Assembly (NCBI GenBank): GCA_037379345.1
Contig: CM074516.1
Span: 28,830,001 to 28,894,000 of the forward strand
Source: Perna viridis
Lineage: Eukaryota
Direction of reading: 5' to 3'
Length of the DNA: 64,000 nt
Shown here: piece after piece, positions 40,612 to 54,035 of the stretch
Layout of the letters: every line of letters begins with the position of its first letter
Position numbering within the stretch: the stretch's first letter is position 1
The notes under the pieces: generated by a model
The model's input: only the letters and a program-made list of their open reading frames with translations
What the model was told of the DNA's origin: nothing
Database searches by the model: none
Made by a program: the position numbers and the translations under genes

Positions 40612-41143
40612 GCCCCGTGGAGATCCGGGTGTTAAAAGAATAGGCCTGCAGCAGCGCTAAGCTTGTCGTAAAAGGCGACTAAATAGTGCTCAGAACTCTA
40701 GCCAGGGACTAGGGCGCTTTGCCCACAGAGCAACTGGGATGTGTGCCCCAGGTGGTGGAATGGGGTACCCCTGGCGTGTTACATGCTTGGGTTGTCAGGC
40801 TATAATACGGAAAACCTGGCCGCAAACCATAGTGATGCACCGTGTTGGGAAAGATGCCACGTTCCTCGCATGTTAAAGAACCCTACTGTGGTATTCTCCC
40901 GGAGTAGGAACCATAGGGCTCCGCCACAGGAGGCTAAATTGCTCGACCCTACCCACCTCTCCCTATTTCCAGTGGCAATCAAAATTTGTCGACCCCATTG
41001 TCCTTGTGTCCCATCTCTTTTTCATTTCATCATCATTTCATTTTCATTTTTTCATCCATTTCATGTTCATCGTCTGAATATAGCTGAAATATTGCTGCTC
41101 GGACGTTAAACCCCAACAAACAAACAAACAAACAAACAAACAA
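40612..41143 (+). mobile_element. Full-length ~530 bp non-autonomous retroposon (SINE-like, non-tRNA head), copy 1
   Basis: 12 bp TSD GACTTGTTGACG (40600-40611, 41144-41155), (CAAA)n tail, GC-rich body; closely similar to 49692-50220. Confidence 0.92.
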
Positions 41144-44100
41144 GACTTGTTGACGATTAACTACATGATACAAACAAGCTAGCTACTGCTGCATTGAACA
41201 ATTGTATGATTCTTTTAAATTAAAATAATGAAAACACATTATCGTAATGAACTCTGAACTTCCATCCAAGTTGTATTTTAATAATTAAGAATTGGCTATG
41301 ATAAAAAATTTGTCTATTGAAAAATAACATAAATTTTCCATGTGCATATTGTTTTTTGTGCGAAGTGCGAAGTGAAATATAAAAACCGGGGAAGTTGGTT
41401 TGTTATTATCAACATTTAACACATGATCTGCATCTATTAAAAAATATTAAGAAACAGTTATATTAGAACTCCTAGTCAATTAAGCTAAAACATCACATTA
41501 TGTTATCCAAAAATATGCATATGTTCAAGAACATTGATCTATGGATGTTTGTCGTAGATAATGTTCCTATGAATGCAAAATATATGCGTATAGCGTATAC
41601 CAGATTTTATGTTGATATGTGCTCAGTTTTCCAGAAGAAGAAAAAATGTATTGGCAAATTTAATTATGTGCACAATCATAATTTACATACCTCCTGACGT
41701 TAGTATGAACAGTATAAGATAAGGAAAATCAAGGAAATCAGGATTCGAATGGTAATCAAAAAGAACATAATCCAGTGGTGATGACTAGACAAGGACAGTA
41801 CAGCCATTCAACCAGAGACATGAACTAACCATTATAATACGAACATTACAACAAACGTAAATGAGCTCCCTGGACTCCACTATTGATCCATGTCATTTCG
41901 CTTTCTAAAACACCCGCCGGGTTGCTCATAAGATGGCAGGTCCCTGGAAAGTAACCACATGCAATTACTCAACCGAAATTGGTCAGCTCTATGGGCTAAA
42001 GATAACCCGCAGTAGCAATAACACAATTCCAAACGGTACATCAGGAAGTTCAAACTATTTGTTTTCACTAAATATTTATGAATTTGACAAAATATTTATA
42101 AATTTCTAAACATTCTTTCTTATAAGTGTTATTTAAAGTTAAACAAAAAACAACACAACCATTCACGGAATCAAAGTCGTATGTACCACCTATTAAAATA
42201 TGTTAAGTTGAAATGAAAACTGGAATCTATGTTTAGACATGTTTTTTTCTATTATTATCATCGAAACAAGACCTTGTTGACTAAACTATTTTATTTTAAA
42301 ATAGTTAAAGAATTAAATTAGATCTAGTACAAACAATACCATTCAAGTTGCAATACTTAGTAATAGAAAAAGCCAATATAAGTTATCTTACAATGCCTGT
42401 AGTAGACAATTTTTGACAGTTTAATTTTTCTAAACTTGAAAACTGCCCATTCATTATTTTTGTGATCCAACACATCAGGATCTGACTACACGTATGCTTG
42501 GCAAAGGTAGACATCGTCACTCATATTCATTTAAGCAAGAGTTACCACAGTTGAGCCAAATAACAAGGCAATTAAAAAAAAAGTAAAGACAATTGAGAAA
42601 GATACAACGAACAACATATAGAAATCTAAAGAAATTTTTTCAAAAATCTAAGGGTCAACCTAAACTCCTCAAATACTCAGAGGATGACTATCATGTCTTA
42701 ACTTCTTTCAATTCAAGCATCGATCTCAACGAAAGAAAGGTCTCATTGGAAAAGAAAACAGGAAAACAAGTTTACATTTACATTGAAACCACATTACATT
42801 CACTAGAAATAATCCATACAAATTTTAACACAAGTTATGTGTATTGCATGCTGCACAGTATAATATCAGTTAAGTGGATGTAATTCGTTACTTTCAAGAA
42901 GTATTAACAAAATTTTCCCAAACTCATTCACATTGAATCTGCAAAATTAATTTTGAGTAGTGGAATTTTTAATGCACAAGTAAAATACATGGAAGGACAT
43001 TTAAGACCATAAACGTTCACTGAACTCCCTGTAAACAGATTTGCCATGTTTGTTATTAGACAATAAGGAGTTATAGATTTAATCCTTTGGTCTATTATAC
43101 ATCGGCTTTCTTTAACACCTAGAAGTTAAATTAAACATATCTTTTGTTTCATGATTATACATTCTTTGGGTGTGTCAGTATCCATACACCTACATATGTA
43201 TCTTCTCAATTGAATTTGAAATTAAATTGCATTTACTTTAAAATTTTGAAAAAAAAATATAACCAAAATGTGATTAACCTGGTAAAATTGGTTGTTTCCA
43301 AACTTCAGAACTTGTAAATACAAAAATGATACAAGGAAATTAGATGTTCGGCATCTATTAATTTTTCCTCTTTCAACATTATCCGTTAAATACATGTTTT
43401 TTTCTTTGTACCTGGATTACATTCGTTTGATTTCTGTTAGAATCGATTCCCTTGGTTACTCTTTTAAACGTACGGAAAATATTGTGCTTATTTTCTGAAA
43501 CTTGGTATGCGCATGTCTTCATATTCAGAGACAGGACCAAGAACAATACACCGTAATGTTTTAAGATTAACAGCAGCAAATAATTACCCACCCTAAGCCG
43601 AAACGCCTACATATCATCAATATAGTTTCTCTTCAAAATTAATGCCAGTTTCAGTGGAGCCGAATAGTTCGTGTGTGACTTTCTCCCTATTGGTTGCTCA
43701 ATAGTTGTTTTCAGAGGTAAAGCCAACTTTGACAAAAGGCGAATAAATGTTTATTATTTAACAATGTCAATGTTTGATATTTACTCATTTAAAAAGGACA
43801 AATCAATTAAATATTTTAAAATTTCAACCACTTAATTACTTTGGCTTTTGTCCGACTAGACAATTTGGAATAACAGATATATATTCGCACAGTAAGCTTT
43901 TTCAATGAATTTTTCATGACGATAGAATGAAGTGAAATTATCAGACAGCCGCTTATTTGATTTAGCTCTTATTTTTGAGAATTAAAATGCTATATATAAT
44001 AGTATTATGTAATTATCGCCTACGAAGCTGCCTTCATTTGTAGATGCTTGAAAAATATCAATCCGCTAATATTTTAATTGATAATAACCAACAAAATGAT

Positions 44101-44206
44101 TAAACAACACATTAGCAAAACGAACACCAAAAACAAAATTTCGCACAACTCAGAAAGAACTTGGTGCACATGATGTATCTTATTAAAAAATGAAAAAGTA
44201 AATAAT

Positions 44207-44326
44207 TGTAAACGGCTGACTTTAATTCCCAAAAATGTAAACTTTCATCACAGAAACAATTTTCCCGAATCCGCAAGAATTAAGAACGCATGTTAGGCTC
44301 AACGCGCAATAATTTCTGAATTTACA
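44207..44326. mobile_element. Short degenerate MITE-like element
   Basis: TGTAAA...TTTACAG ends with internal CGCA-A-rich repeats; weak TIR similarity only. Confidence 0.3.
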
Positions 44327-47034
44327 GAGGATGGTAAAAACGTACATGTCTATTGTATTGCCGATTAACTGGAGCAAGACTATCAGCTGATTGTAGGTCT
44401 GTAAAAAGGGTCTGGCGGACGAAATTTAAGTATTCAAGACATTCAAAGAGTGCATTACAATTTTGTAGATTAACTAGTGCATCCTGTATAAATGATCAGT
44501 ATGATACTGATACATTTTCATAGATGGACAACAATTTGAACAATTACAAATACAAACAACTTACAACAAAAACCTGAAAAAATTTCTGAACCGACTTTAT
44601 CAAGAAGCGAATTCGGTTGAAGTTTTATTCCGCTATTTTCGTGTATACCAAATGGTCATTGTTTTTATTTTTCTATAGAGAAACGTTTTACTCCAAAAAC
44701 AGTGTAGGTCTCATATTAAAAATAATTCCATAATACAATAATAACGTAAATTAGCTTTGGATTGTAATTTGTATGAGAAACTTAACATTGTGGTAAAAAA
44801 GGGAACAATGTATATATATTTAAATGTACCATGGAATGCGTATAAATTACAGTTCTTAACTAAAAAAGGAAACAATGTACAAAAATATTCACGGAGTTTA
44901 TGTTGTGTGGGAATGAAAAAATGAAACGATGTTACAAAACAAAAGATTATTTACTTTAAACCTACAATGGAATTTGTATATTACAAACATTGATCATATT
45001 ACGAAAATGATCTGTAAATAAGACATTTTTTGCCTCTACATATTTTGTATTTACAATACAATGGTAAACCAACCCTCTGTTTCATGGGAGCTTATTTCTA
45101 ATTAGATAATATTATTCTATAGTATTACACATGAATAGAAATTTTAAATCTGCTTTGCGACCTAAAGAAAATATAATTTCACTATATAGAGGGGGTGTGA
45201 TTCATTATCTTACTTATACACGTGTATCTATAGTCTACTGCTAAACGGGCAACAAGTGAGCGAAAATAGGCTTACTATACATAACGAAGATATTAATGAA
45301 TTTGCCAAAAGCAAACGCAAAATACACAGCCCTGTAAATAACTTATCCATCTTACAGGCCATGAAGACAACATTAGTAGGTTGTAAAATAACAGTCTGAA
45401 CAATAAAAGTCTGCTTTTTACTGTAACTCATGAGCATCATCGCATTTCTGTAAAATTTTATTCATGACAATGGCTTTCTCTAGTGTAAAAGATGGTAACT
45501 GGAAATGTTACCTCTTTCGACATTTAAATTGATCTATTCGCTTTACAGTCATTAAGACAAGTCTTATTAATTAACAGTACATAATATTATTGGGATGCAG
45601 TGACTCATAATGTTTGTCATTTTTGTTAGTTACATTATTACATGTAAATGTACAGGCCGGACACAATGTTTCTTGATTTACATACCATTTATAAAAAATA
45701 TTGTTTTGTATGCTTTCTTAATTCGGAAGTAAAAGATGTTGGCGCAGATTTCTTAACTATCGAGGCATGCTATTTCGATTTTCAAAAAAAAAAAAAAAAA
45801 AAAAAAATACGTGGAAAAAATGTTGCAGGATCAAAATTCTATGTACGAAAACGTAACTTACCTATATTTCATATGAAGCATAAAGACAATTATCTTTTTA
45901 TTCGGTAAATTGCTTTATAATTCATAAAAAATATTTTTTTTATTTTTTAATTATTCATATAAATCAAGAAGTTTTTACGGTCACGTTTTCCATCCGATCG
46001 CGGTTTTTCCTGTGATGCCATTAACCATTTCAGATGTGGGAAGCTTTTACTTCATTGTGCCTTATCATTCGATGAATTTTAAGATGTTACATTCGCACGT
46101 CTTAAATACAAAACAGACAGAAACTCATAAAACTAAATCGGAACTTCCAAATCGTTAATAGCAGTCTTTAACCTATATTTAATATAGGTGAATCGCATCA
46201 ATTCGTTCAATGTAAGTAATCTTGTATCAAATTAAAAAGATGTCCCACATTAATTCTGTTTAAACTTGCCTATGTAAATGTATACCAAAGTTTAAAAGGG
46301 GTGTAACAGGATTTATATCTATTTTCACTTGAACATTAAATTCGCATGTATTTGACAAAATTTGATTTCATTAAAACCGTAAGTTCACGCAGTTTGAAGC
46401 TATATGATACAATCTTAAATGCATGTAGTTTCTTGTTTATATTTAAAAGATCAAGGCTTCCTGGTGCAGACACGCAAGAAAAAAAGCAAAATAAAACAGG
46501 TAGCCCTATGTAATAATAACGAACTAGATTTAGGATAAAACTATACAATGAGAAACATGTTAAACTGGATGAGTTTTATCCCTTTAGGGAACATCGAAGT
46601 CCCTTCGGAACATGAAGTAGGAATTACAAATATAACTAACAAAATGTGTCCACAATGATAGACATTCTGAGCATTAGGGTGGTAGAGGAAGAACAAATAT
46701 AAGAATTCTGATCAATTGACCATTGTACTTTCCCGAATAAAATCTCTTTATCAAGAAAGCAACAAGTTTTAGGTGTGCTTTAGTTTCATAGCATTTGGAA
46801 ACATATTACTTTTCCATTTCTTAGTAGAGGATCTGCCCACAACACACCATAGCGACTACAGATTGTAAAGTCTTTATGGGTACATGTATCAAGTGAATAT
46901 AGCAATCATAATAATGACTTGTCTTACTTGAATGTATACACACCTGGAGTTATTGGAAAAAAGGTTTATAGAAACCACCATATATTTGCATGTATCACTA
47001 CAACGTTATCTAACTACCCTGAAATTACGTAATG

Positions 47035-47275
47035 CAAGCGTGTTTACAACCCAAATGACGAACGTTTTCAGCGATCAAGCATCTAGCAAACATTGGTGAT
47101 GTCCTACAACACGGCAACTTATTTCATCATAACAACGCTTTCATTTCACAGCGAACTTCGTTACACTCTTTCCTGGATAACCAAGGATCCTCATCACCCA
47201 CAGCGATCGTTGTTATAACCACCACCCGATGACCAAGGGCGAACGTCATTTCTAGCGATCGTTGTTACAACCATT
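47035..47275. repeat. Degenerate tandem repeat (AGCGATCGTTGTTA(T/C)AACCA motif)
   Basis: Near-identical motifs at ~47202 and ~47254, with weaker versions at ~47037, 47070 and 47150. Confidence 0.45.
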
Positions 47276-49691
47276 CCTCGGCTTTCGTCATGTCTATTAG
47301 TTTAGATCCAGAACATTCACCACGCAATACAGTCAACTAACTGTGGAATTGCTACACATATATTCTTAACTTTCAGATTACAAGTTTAAGACCTTGCATC
47401 TTTTATAAGAAATGATGGAATAGTTGAATGTCGGTAGAAGTTCACTGTTTATAAGGCTCTCAATGCTACCAACAGAACAGACAAAAAAAAAAAGGTTTGA
47501 GACAATAGACCAAAAAAAAAGGAAGAACATGCAGATGTATATGTGTGGAAATACGATAACAATGAAAACCTAACGTAAAGTATTTCATGTATATTTCATG
47601 TCTAAATCAATGATAAATATTTCCAAGAAGTAGGTTCCCACAGTAGTGACAGGAGATGGTATACTCTCTGGCCAATTTCTAAAGTACATTTCTTACTTAA
47701 ACAATTACCCTCCGTTTTCACTATGACATTTAGTTCTAGAGTACTAGTACAGATTTATTAACTTAATGGCTTGACATATCAGGACATTCCAATCGAAATT
47801 GATTATATCACTCAAATTTATGTTAAAAGTATACATAAGTACTTTCAACATTTATACATTCTATTAAAATTGATGGATAAATACTTAATTTATTTAAAAA
47901 CACGTGAAGAATACGATAAAACGCTTAGACAAGTTATAAATGTGGCTACTTGAATAGGTAAGTTTTAATTACACCCAATTATCACTGAGAACCCGGAACA
48001 AATAGCCCCAATGTATTAATTTACAAAATATTTCATGAAATAGGTAGGTCATGGGCATAGTTTCGCCGTAAGAACTAAATATACTTGATAATTAGTAGAT
48101 TCTTGTTTCCAACTAAAATGACACCTACTGTTTGCATTGGGGTTTATTTTGGTGTATTTCAGGGTCAGATTATTTTGACATTCGAAACAAAACAATTTTA
48201 TGAACAATTTTCCTTTAAAGGGTCAATGTCACTTTTTTGTATTTGTTTTTTTTTAATAGTTTTTTTGAACTTGATCAAACATATCGACTTGTGATTTTGT
48301 ATATTACCCCAATAAATGAAGGAAAGAAAATAACTGTAATAATTCATAGTGTTATAGTCATATGCATTTGTAATATGTGTTTCTGCTTTATTCCTCTAAA
48401 CTGGTATGGGTACACTGGAATGCAAGTTAAGCCTTAGAATGACGTTCGCAATTATTCACTCAGTATAAATTATCAATGTATTTGGAAAGATTTGCACCTA
48501 GATGAATGGGACTATTAACAAGCAAATGTTTAAAATTGACCCCATTTATGGCATACTAGGCCAATAGCAAAGACGCATCGGCGTATGTCAATTTATAAAG
48601 AGTTCATACATACACCATACAAATGTAGATATACTATCAATTCATACCGTTATAGATAGGTTTCGACTTACGTCATTGCGGAGTTCGAGTACCTGCATAT
48701 TTGTACCGGCCTCCACGAGATCAAGCCATAAATTGCTTAAATAGGTATACAAATAATTGAAAGTACTAGGTAGTACTGCTAACTCCAAGAGTTTTTCGAC
48801 ACCCACTTACCACGTCCCTAGAATTATTCAATGCCAAATAAATTGTGTAATAGAAAGGTTTACAGAAGACAAATATCTAGTTCCGGTGTAAATTATACAT
48901 TCATATAAGAATGTCATTTGTATCCATTATGATTCTTATATAAATCAATTCTGTACTGAAAGTGCTCATTTTGAATGTTGCTGAAACATCAAATATTAAC
49001 TTATTCATAAATAAGAAACTTTATTAGATATGCAAAGAGTTTATTTTACATGCAGATTAAGGGAAAATGGAAGTCCATTTTATTGCCTCATATAAAACCA
49101 ACGTTACCTTTGAAATATAACATATTTCTGACAAGTGATTTCCAGCTACCTTCTAATCAAATGTTTCGCGAGTTTAAGTTACAAATTTGTCTTGACATGT
49201 TTCAATATATAAGAAATTACACTTGGAAACCCGAATCCAGATCTTTTTCATTACATACATGTATATGTGGACAGTACATGTAACCGACTAAAGAAATCCT
49301 TTTCTAGCATAAAAACGGCACAAAGCAGGATGTAAAATGAAGCACAATTTTGCGAGAAGTATGATATGCGTGGCGTCTTTCTGACAGTTTATCTCCCTTA
49401 GGATTTTCGCTAAATATCTATATGGTTCACTAAGGCAAGTAGTCCGTGTGTTAGATCGGTAGTGTATGTACAGTGGCGGATCCAAAAATTTTAAAGGGTG
49501 CGAAATGATCGAAAGGGTGAGGGCGCTTCAATAATTTCCATTTGGTCTGTATAATAATCAACCAAACTATTCAAACATACGGGGAGCGCACACTCTCCAC
49601 ATGGACTGCCTATGATGTGCATCAGAAGTTCTCTAGACGAATTTTAAGACGGACTGTAGATTTGTTGGGGAGAAGTAGACCGGCAAGTTGC

Positions 49692-50220
49692 TTGTTTGTT
49701 TGTTTGTTTGTTTGTCGGGGTTTAACGCCCGAGCAGCAATATTTCAGCTATATTCAGGCGATGAACATGAAGTGGATGATAAAATGAACATGATATGATG
49801 ATGAAATGAAAAATGGGATGGGACTCAAGGATAATGGGGTCGACTAATTTTGATTGCCACTGGAAATAGGGAGAGGTGGGTAGGGTCGGGCAATTTAGCC
49901 TCCTGTGGCGGAGCCCTATGGTTCCTACTCCGGGAGAATCCACAGTAGGGTTCTTTAACGTGCGAGGAACGTGGCATCTTTCCCAACACGGTGCATCACT
50001 ATGGTTTTCGGCCAGGTTTTCCGTATTATAGCCTGACAACCCCAGCATGTAACACGCCAGGGGTATCCTATTCCACCACCTGGGGCACACATCCCAGTTG
50101 CTCTGTGAGCAGAGCGCCCTATTCCCGGCTAGGGTTCTGAGCACTATTTAGTCGCCTTTTACGACAAGCTTAGCGCTGCTGCAGGCCTATTCTTTCGACA
50201 CCCGGACCTGCACGGGCTCG
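49692..50220 (-). mobile_element. Full-length ~530 bp non-autonomous retroposon, copy 2
   Basis: 11 bp TSD CGGCAAGTTGC (49681-49691, 50221-50231), (TTTG)n tail on the plus strand; reverse complement aligns over its full length with 40612-41143. Confidence 0.92.
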
Positions 50221-51220
50221 CGGCAAGTTGCAAAATGATAGTGTAGAACAAAACGTTACCAACCCGAAATCAAGGTTATATCAAAAAGCATTGTAAAAGC
50301 ATTCCGACTCATTATAGGTTGGAAACACGTGGTTGGAACTACGTACAGGTAATTGGCAGGAAAAATATTTCAGACGTATAATGTATGCACAAAATTGGAG
50401 CCTATATTTTTCACTGAGAGCGACATCATTCCTTTATACAAAAGGGACAAGTTGGTGTATCACGAAGCGTCGATCACATCAGAATTCCAATTGCAGCTTA
50501 TGTCTATAAAGATATGAACGAACCTCGATACGATATATACAAATACATCTTAAGAAAGCAAACAGCGTAGAATATTAACATACATTTCATAACAGTAATT
50601 TATTCCTATGACTATTGAGCACCTACTTCACACGAACCTAAAATTACTCATAGCTGCACTTTTAACAGGTAGGGTTAATGTAAGGTGATGTATGTAGACA
50701 CTTTACATAGAAAGACATACATGTATATACTTAAACTGGTCTTGGTGTCCATTTATCCATTGATAAGATGAGATAAATGCGGAGTGAAGTATTAAATGTC
50801 TTGGAATCTAATTCCTTAGCCAATGGCAACTTAAAAGCGATGTTTTTACATTTCTAGTATTTATTTGTATGAATGCAATAAAATTAGATTTACAAGTATA
50901 TATCTGACAGTGTACTTCTACTGAAAACCGTTACAAATTATTAGGAGTTTTTAATGGTCGGAAATTTGACCTCCTGTGAGTTTAAAGAATAGAATGTATT
51001 CTAATAATACTGCTACTATTATTTTACAAATACTGACATAAAGGAACCCCCTTTTATTTGATTGTTTTGTTATTTTCGTGCATTTTAGGGAAACATTGAC
51101 CAATAATCTCCCACTTCCTGGAACCGTGTCAAAATTCTCTGTATCCGCCCGTGTATTATTAGGTTGCATACCGAGAATACCCCACATTTGAACGGAACCA
51201 GCAAAACCAGAAATACGTTG

Positions 51221-51638
51221 AGCAAGCCCACAAAGAGCTGATTTAAATGGACTTAAATGTAAAACGCTTTGATTATCTCCATTTGGAGTCCCCGGACAGT
51301 AATTTATTTCGTTTCATTTAGCAAATTTACATATGATACTCAACCTCCCTATAAAATTTCATTAACTTTAGGAGGAGTTGCACTTATGAGGTATTAACAT
51401 ATAAAACTTTTAATTTGGATTATCTTCCTTTGGAGTCCTCTTACAGTAACCATATTCTTGCATGCACATCTACATACTTTATGATAAACAACCTTCATGT
51501 AAAATTTCATCAAAACCCTTAGAGCGGTTTAGTAGGAGTTGCGCCTACAAAAATGTGGACAGACGGAACGACGGACGTCCGGACGGACAGACAGACAGAC
51601 GGAATGATTCCTACATTCCCCCAAAACTTTCGTACGTG
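51221..51638 (+). mobile_element. Helentron-associated (HINE/DINE-1-like) non-autonomous element
   Basis: Two ~147 bp core repeats (GATTATCT...TTTGGAGTCC...ACAGTAA at 51271 and 51418; AAAATTTCAT...AGGAGTTGC), then a (GACG)/(GACA) microsatellite at 51557-51602 and a CCCCCAAAACTT end. This is the layout described for bivalve HINE-type elements. Confidence 0.7.
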
Positions 51639-54035
51639 CATTTCAGTTATAGTTAATTAGGCAGCCAAATTCCAAGTAACACTGTCTACTGTGAAACTGC
51701 TTATCTTCACCTTTAATTTCAATCCAAGCTTGTTTAGTCTATTATATTTGTTCCCAAGGTTACATTCATAAACTAATAAATTGAGCATGTGTAGAAGGCT
51801 GTCAATACAAAACACTGCTATACAAAAGATAAAATACATCATCTGTCTCCTCGATACTACAAAAACACGACAAGAACATGCCGACTACATGCAAAATATA
51901 ACAGCTATTCACATGCACTTTATCAAGATGGGTGGTGTTTTAACTATGGAATCATTACTTACATCAGTACAACATTACCCTCCTTAAGATATTAATCATA
52001 ACCACAAGAACCAGTCATTTAAAGATGGTTTGTTTGTATCATGTATTATTTATTTTAGGGTTTGATTACATTTTAAATGAACTAGTACAATTAAAACAAT
52101 TTGCTAATTGTGCAAATTTAGACTCAATGCATTGTTTTTAAATAGGAGTGTTGTCCTTTAATTGTAATATCGATGATATCGGAATGTTAAAACCTAAAAT
52201 GATTTAGTGATGTCCCTAAGAGATGTTTGTTGGTATGTCAGTACATGTAGTTCAAATCATCATGCATGTCAAAACAAACTAATAAGGTGAACATGCAAGA
52301 CAAGAATGCTCATTCAAAGTAGCAAATATACTTTTAACTCCTCTTTATTTGTTAAATTTCGTTTTACATGAATTAACCACATAATGATATCGAAACTCCA
52401 GACAGGAATTAATGTTTACCAGATAATTCAGTGGACCAGCTACATGCACATACAACTTTTGGTATATAGTCCAAAAGAGAGAAGCATAAAAAGTAGTTGA
52501 TAATTTTATTAAAAACAAATCTAATAAAAAAAATGTGAACACATATATCTACACAATAGGAAGGAAAGATAAAGCACGAACTACCTTCTTATGTTTGTAT
52601 ATATCCGGATGTATTTAATGCCTCCGTCATCCGTTATTGTTGCTTATAGTAGATGTGGAAATTCCGGGTCATCTGAATTTAAAAAAAGACACTTACGTAT
52701 TACTATAAAAGCATTAAACAAAGTTTCAGGAACTAAACTTTTACAAATTTTACGTGACTTCCAATCGAGCTAACGACAGAGACTTAATGTATGACATGTA
52801 TGTGATATTTTTTCGAAAACTTCGGTTTTGAAGAATATTGCGATATCATAATTTTAGGTGTAGCTGTTTTAAGGCGCGCCAACATGTCAGTTATGTTATT
52901 TTTACTGTTCCATGTAAGAGGCGGAAATCATTCATTTTCCTGCATTTTTTTTGTGAATGCACTGAAAAACTCCAGCTGAAACTGGCAAACACATATACTC
53001 ATAGGTTACGGTTTTCTGTCAAGTACGTGTTTCTACCAGTTTTGCTAGAAACATCAATATAAAAGGAATACTGAATGCATGGTGTTGTCTGTGTAGGTGA
53101 GTACCGTTCAGACACTGAATTATGTTTCAAAACAATAGGTCTTCCCCCATGCATCTGACTGTAAATTCAAATTGCATTCATCAAGTTTAGGCGGCTTTTC
53201 GGACTATAAACTTCAGCTAGATATTTGACACAGTTTCGCTGAAAGAAGGGATACGAGGGGACCGACAAATTAACCTAAATAGCTATACAAATATACCGTC
53301 CGTTATTACAAGGGATATGTACTGGTACGTATATTAAAAAGCTATTTTCAGCTACTTCTTTGCCAATTTAAACAGGTCCTAATTATTTGATTCTAAATAC
53401 TAATGTATGTGTTTTTTTTTAAATTCCTCTGTAGTACTAATATTTAGCAAAAATAATATACTCTTCAACAAATAATGCATTGTTATACGGACAATTTGTC
53501 ACAAATTTTAACCTCCTTTTTAAAGTAAAAATATTTTGGCTGTGAAGCAAATAGCTTGAAATTGCAAATATTTTGTTAATTAATTATATAAATGTATTTA
53601 CCTTTGTCAAAATTTTCACGAGAATAGCAGGCTTTATAAATAAAAGTTTAAGAATCAGCAATCAAAGTTATATTATAAGTAAATGCGTCTATCAGTCTTT
53701 ATGGACCAGGAAGACTAAGTTGGTAAAGTTACAAGAAAGCCGAATACAATCTTTTTCTATAATGGTATCCGGCCGAACAATGGCATCCAAAACAAAGTAT
53801 TTCGTCCCGTCTACCAGGAAATTGTCCCGATGACACACACTTTTGGACTTGGAAATCAAAATTCTAGATTTTTAAGGCCTATGTAATTAAGTATGGAATA
53901 AATTGAATGGTGTTATTCTATGAGTGTAAAGTGATGATACGGAAGAAGGTTTCAACAAAAGTTCTGCAGCGTTACTATGTACATGTACCTCTCGCACTAG
54001 GACAATAAAGCAAGCTTCCGTATCATTCGATTATA

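Noticed and set aside
40612-40700. Assigning the retroposon head to the HDV-like ribozyme class or to a tRNA
   Set aside because: Only 5 nt separate the candidate P2 strand from the GTCG hairpin, leaving no room for P3/L3/P1/P1.1; no cloverleaf or box A/B is visible.
40741-41109. ORFs inside the retroposon copies (122 aa here; 140 aa at 49722-50144)
   Set aside because: Non-ATG starts, an indel shifts the frame between copies, and there are no RT or endonuclease motifs.
49471-49614. CAGTGGCGGATCC-headed MITE-like element
   Set aside because: The right end is too degenerate and I could not find a target-site duplication.
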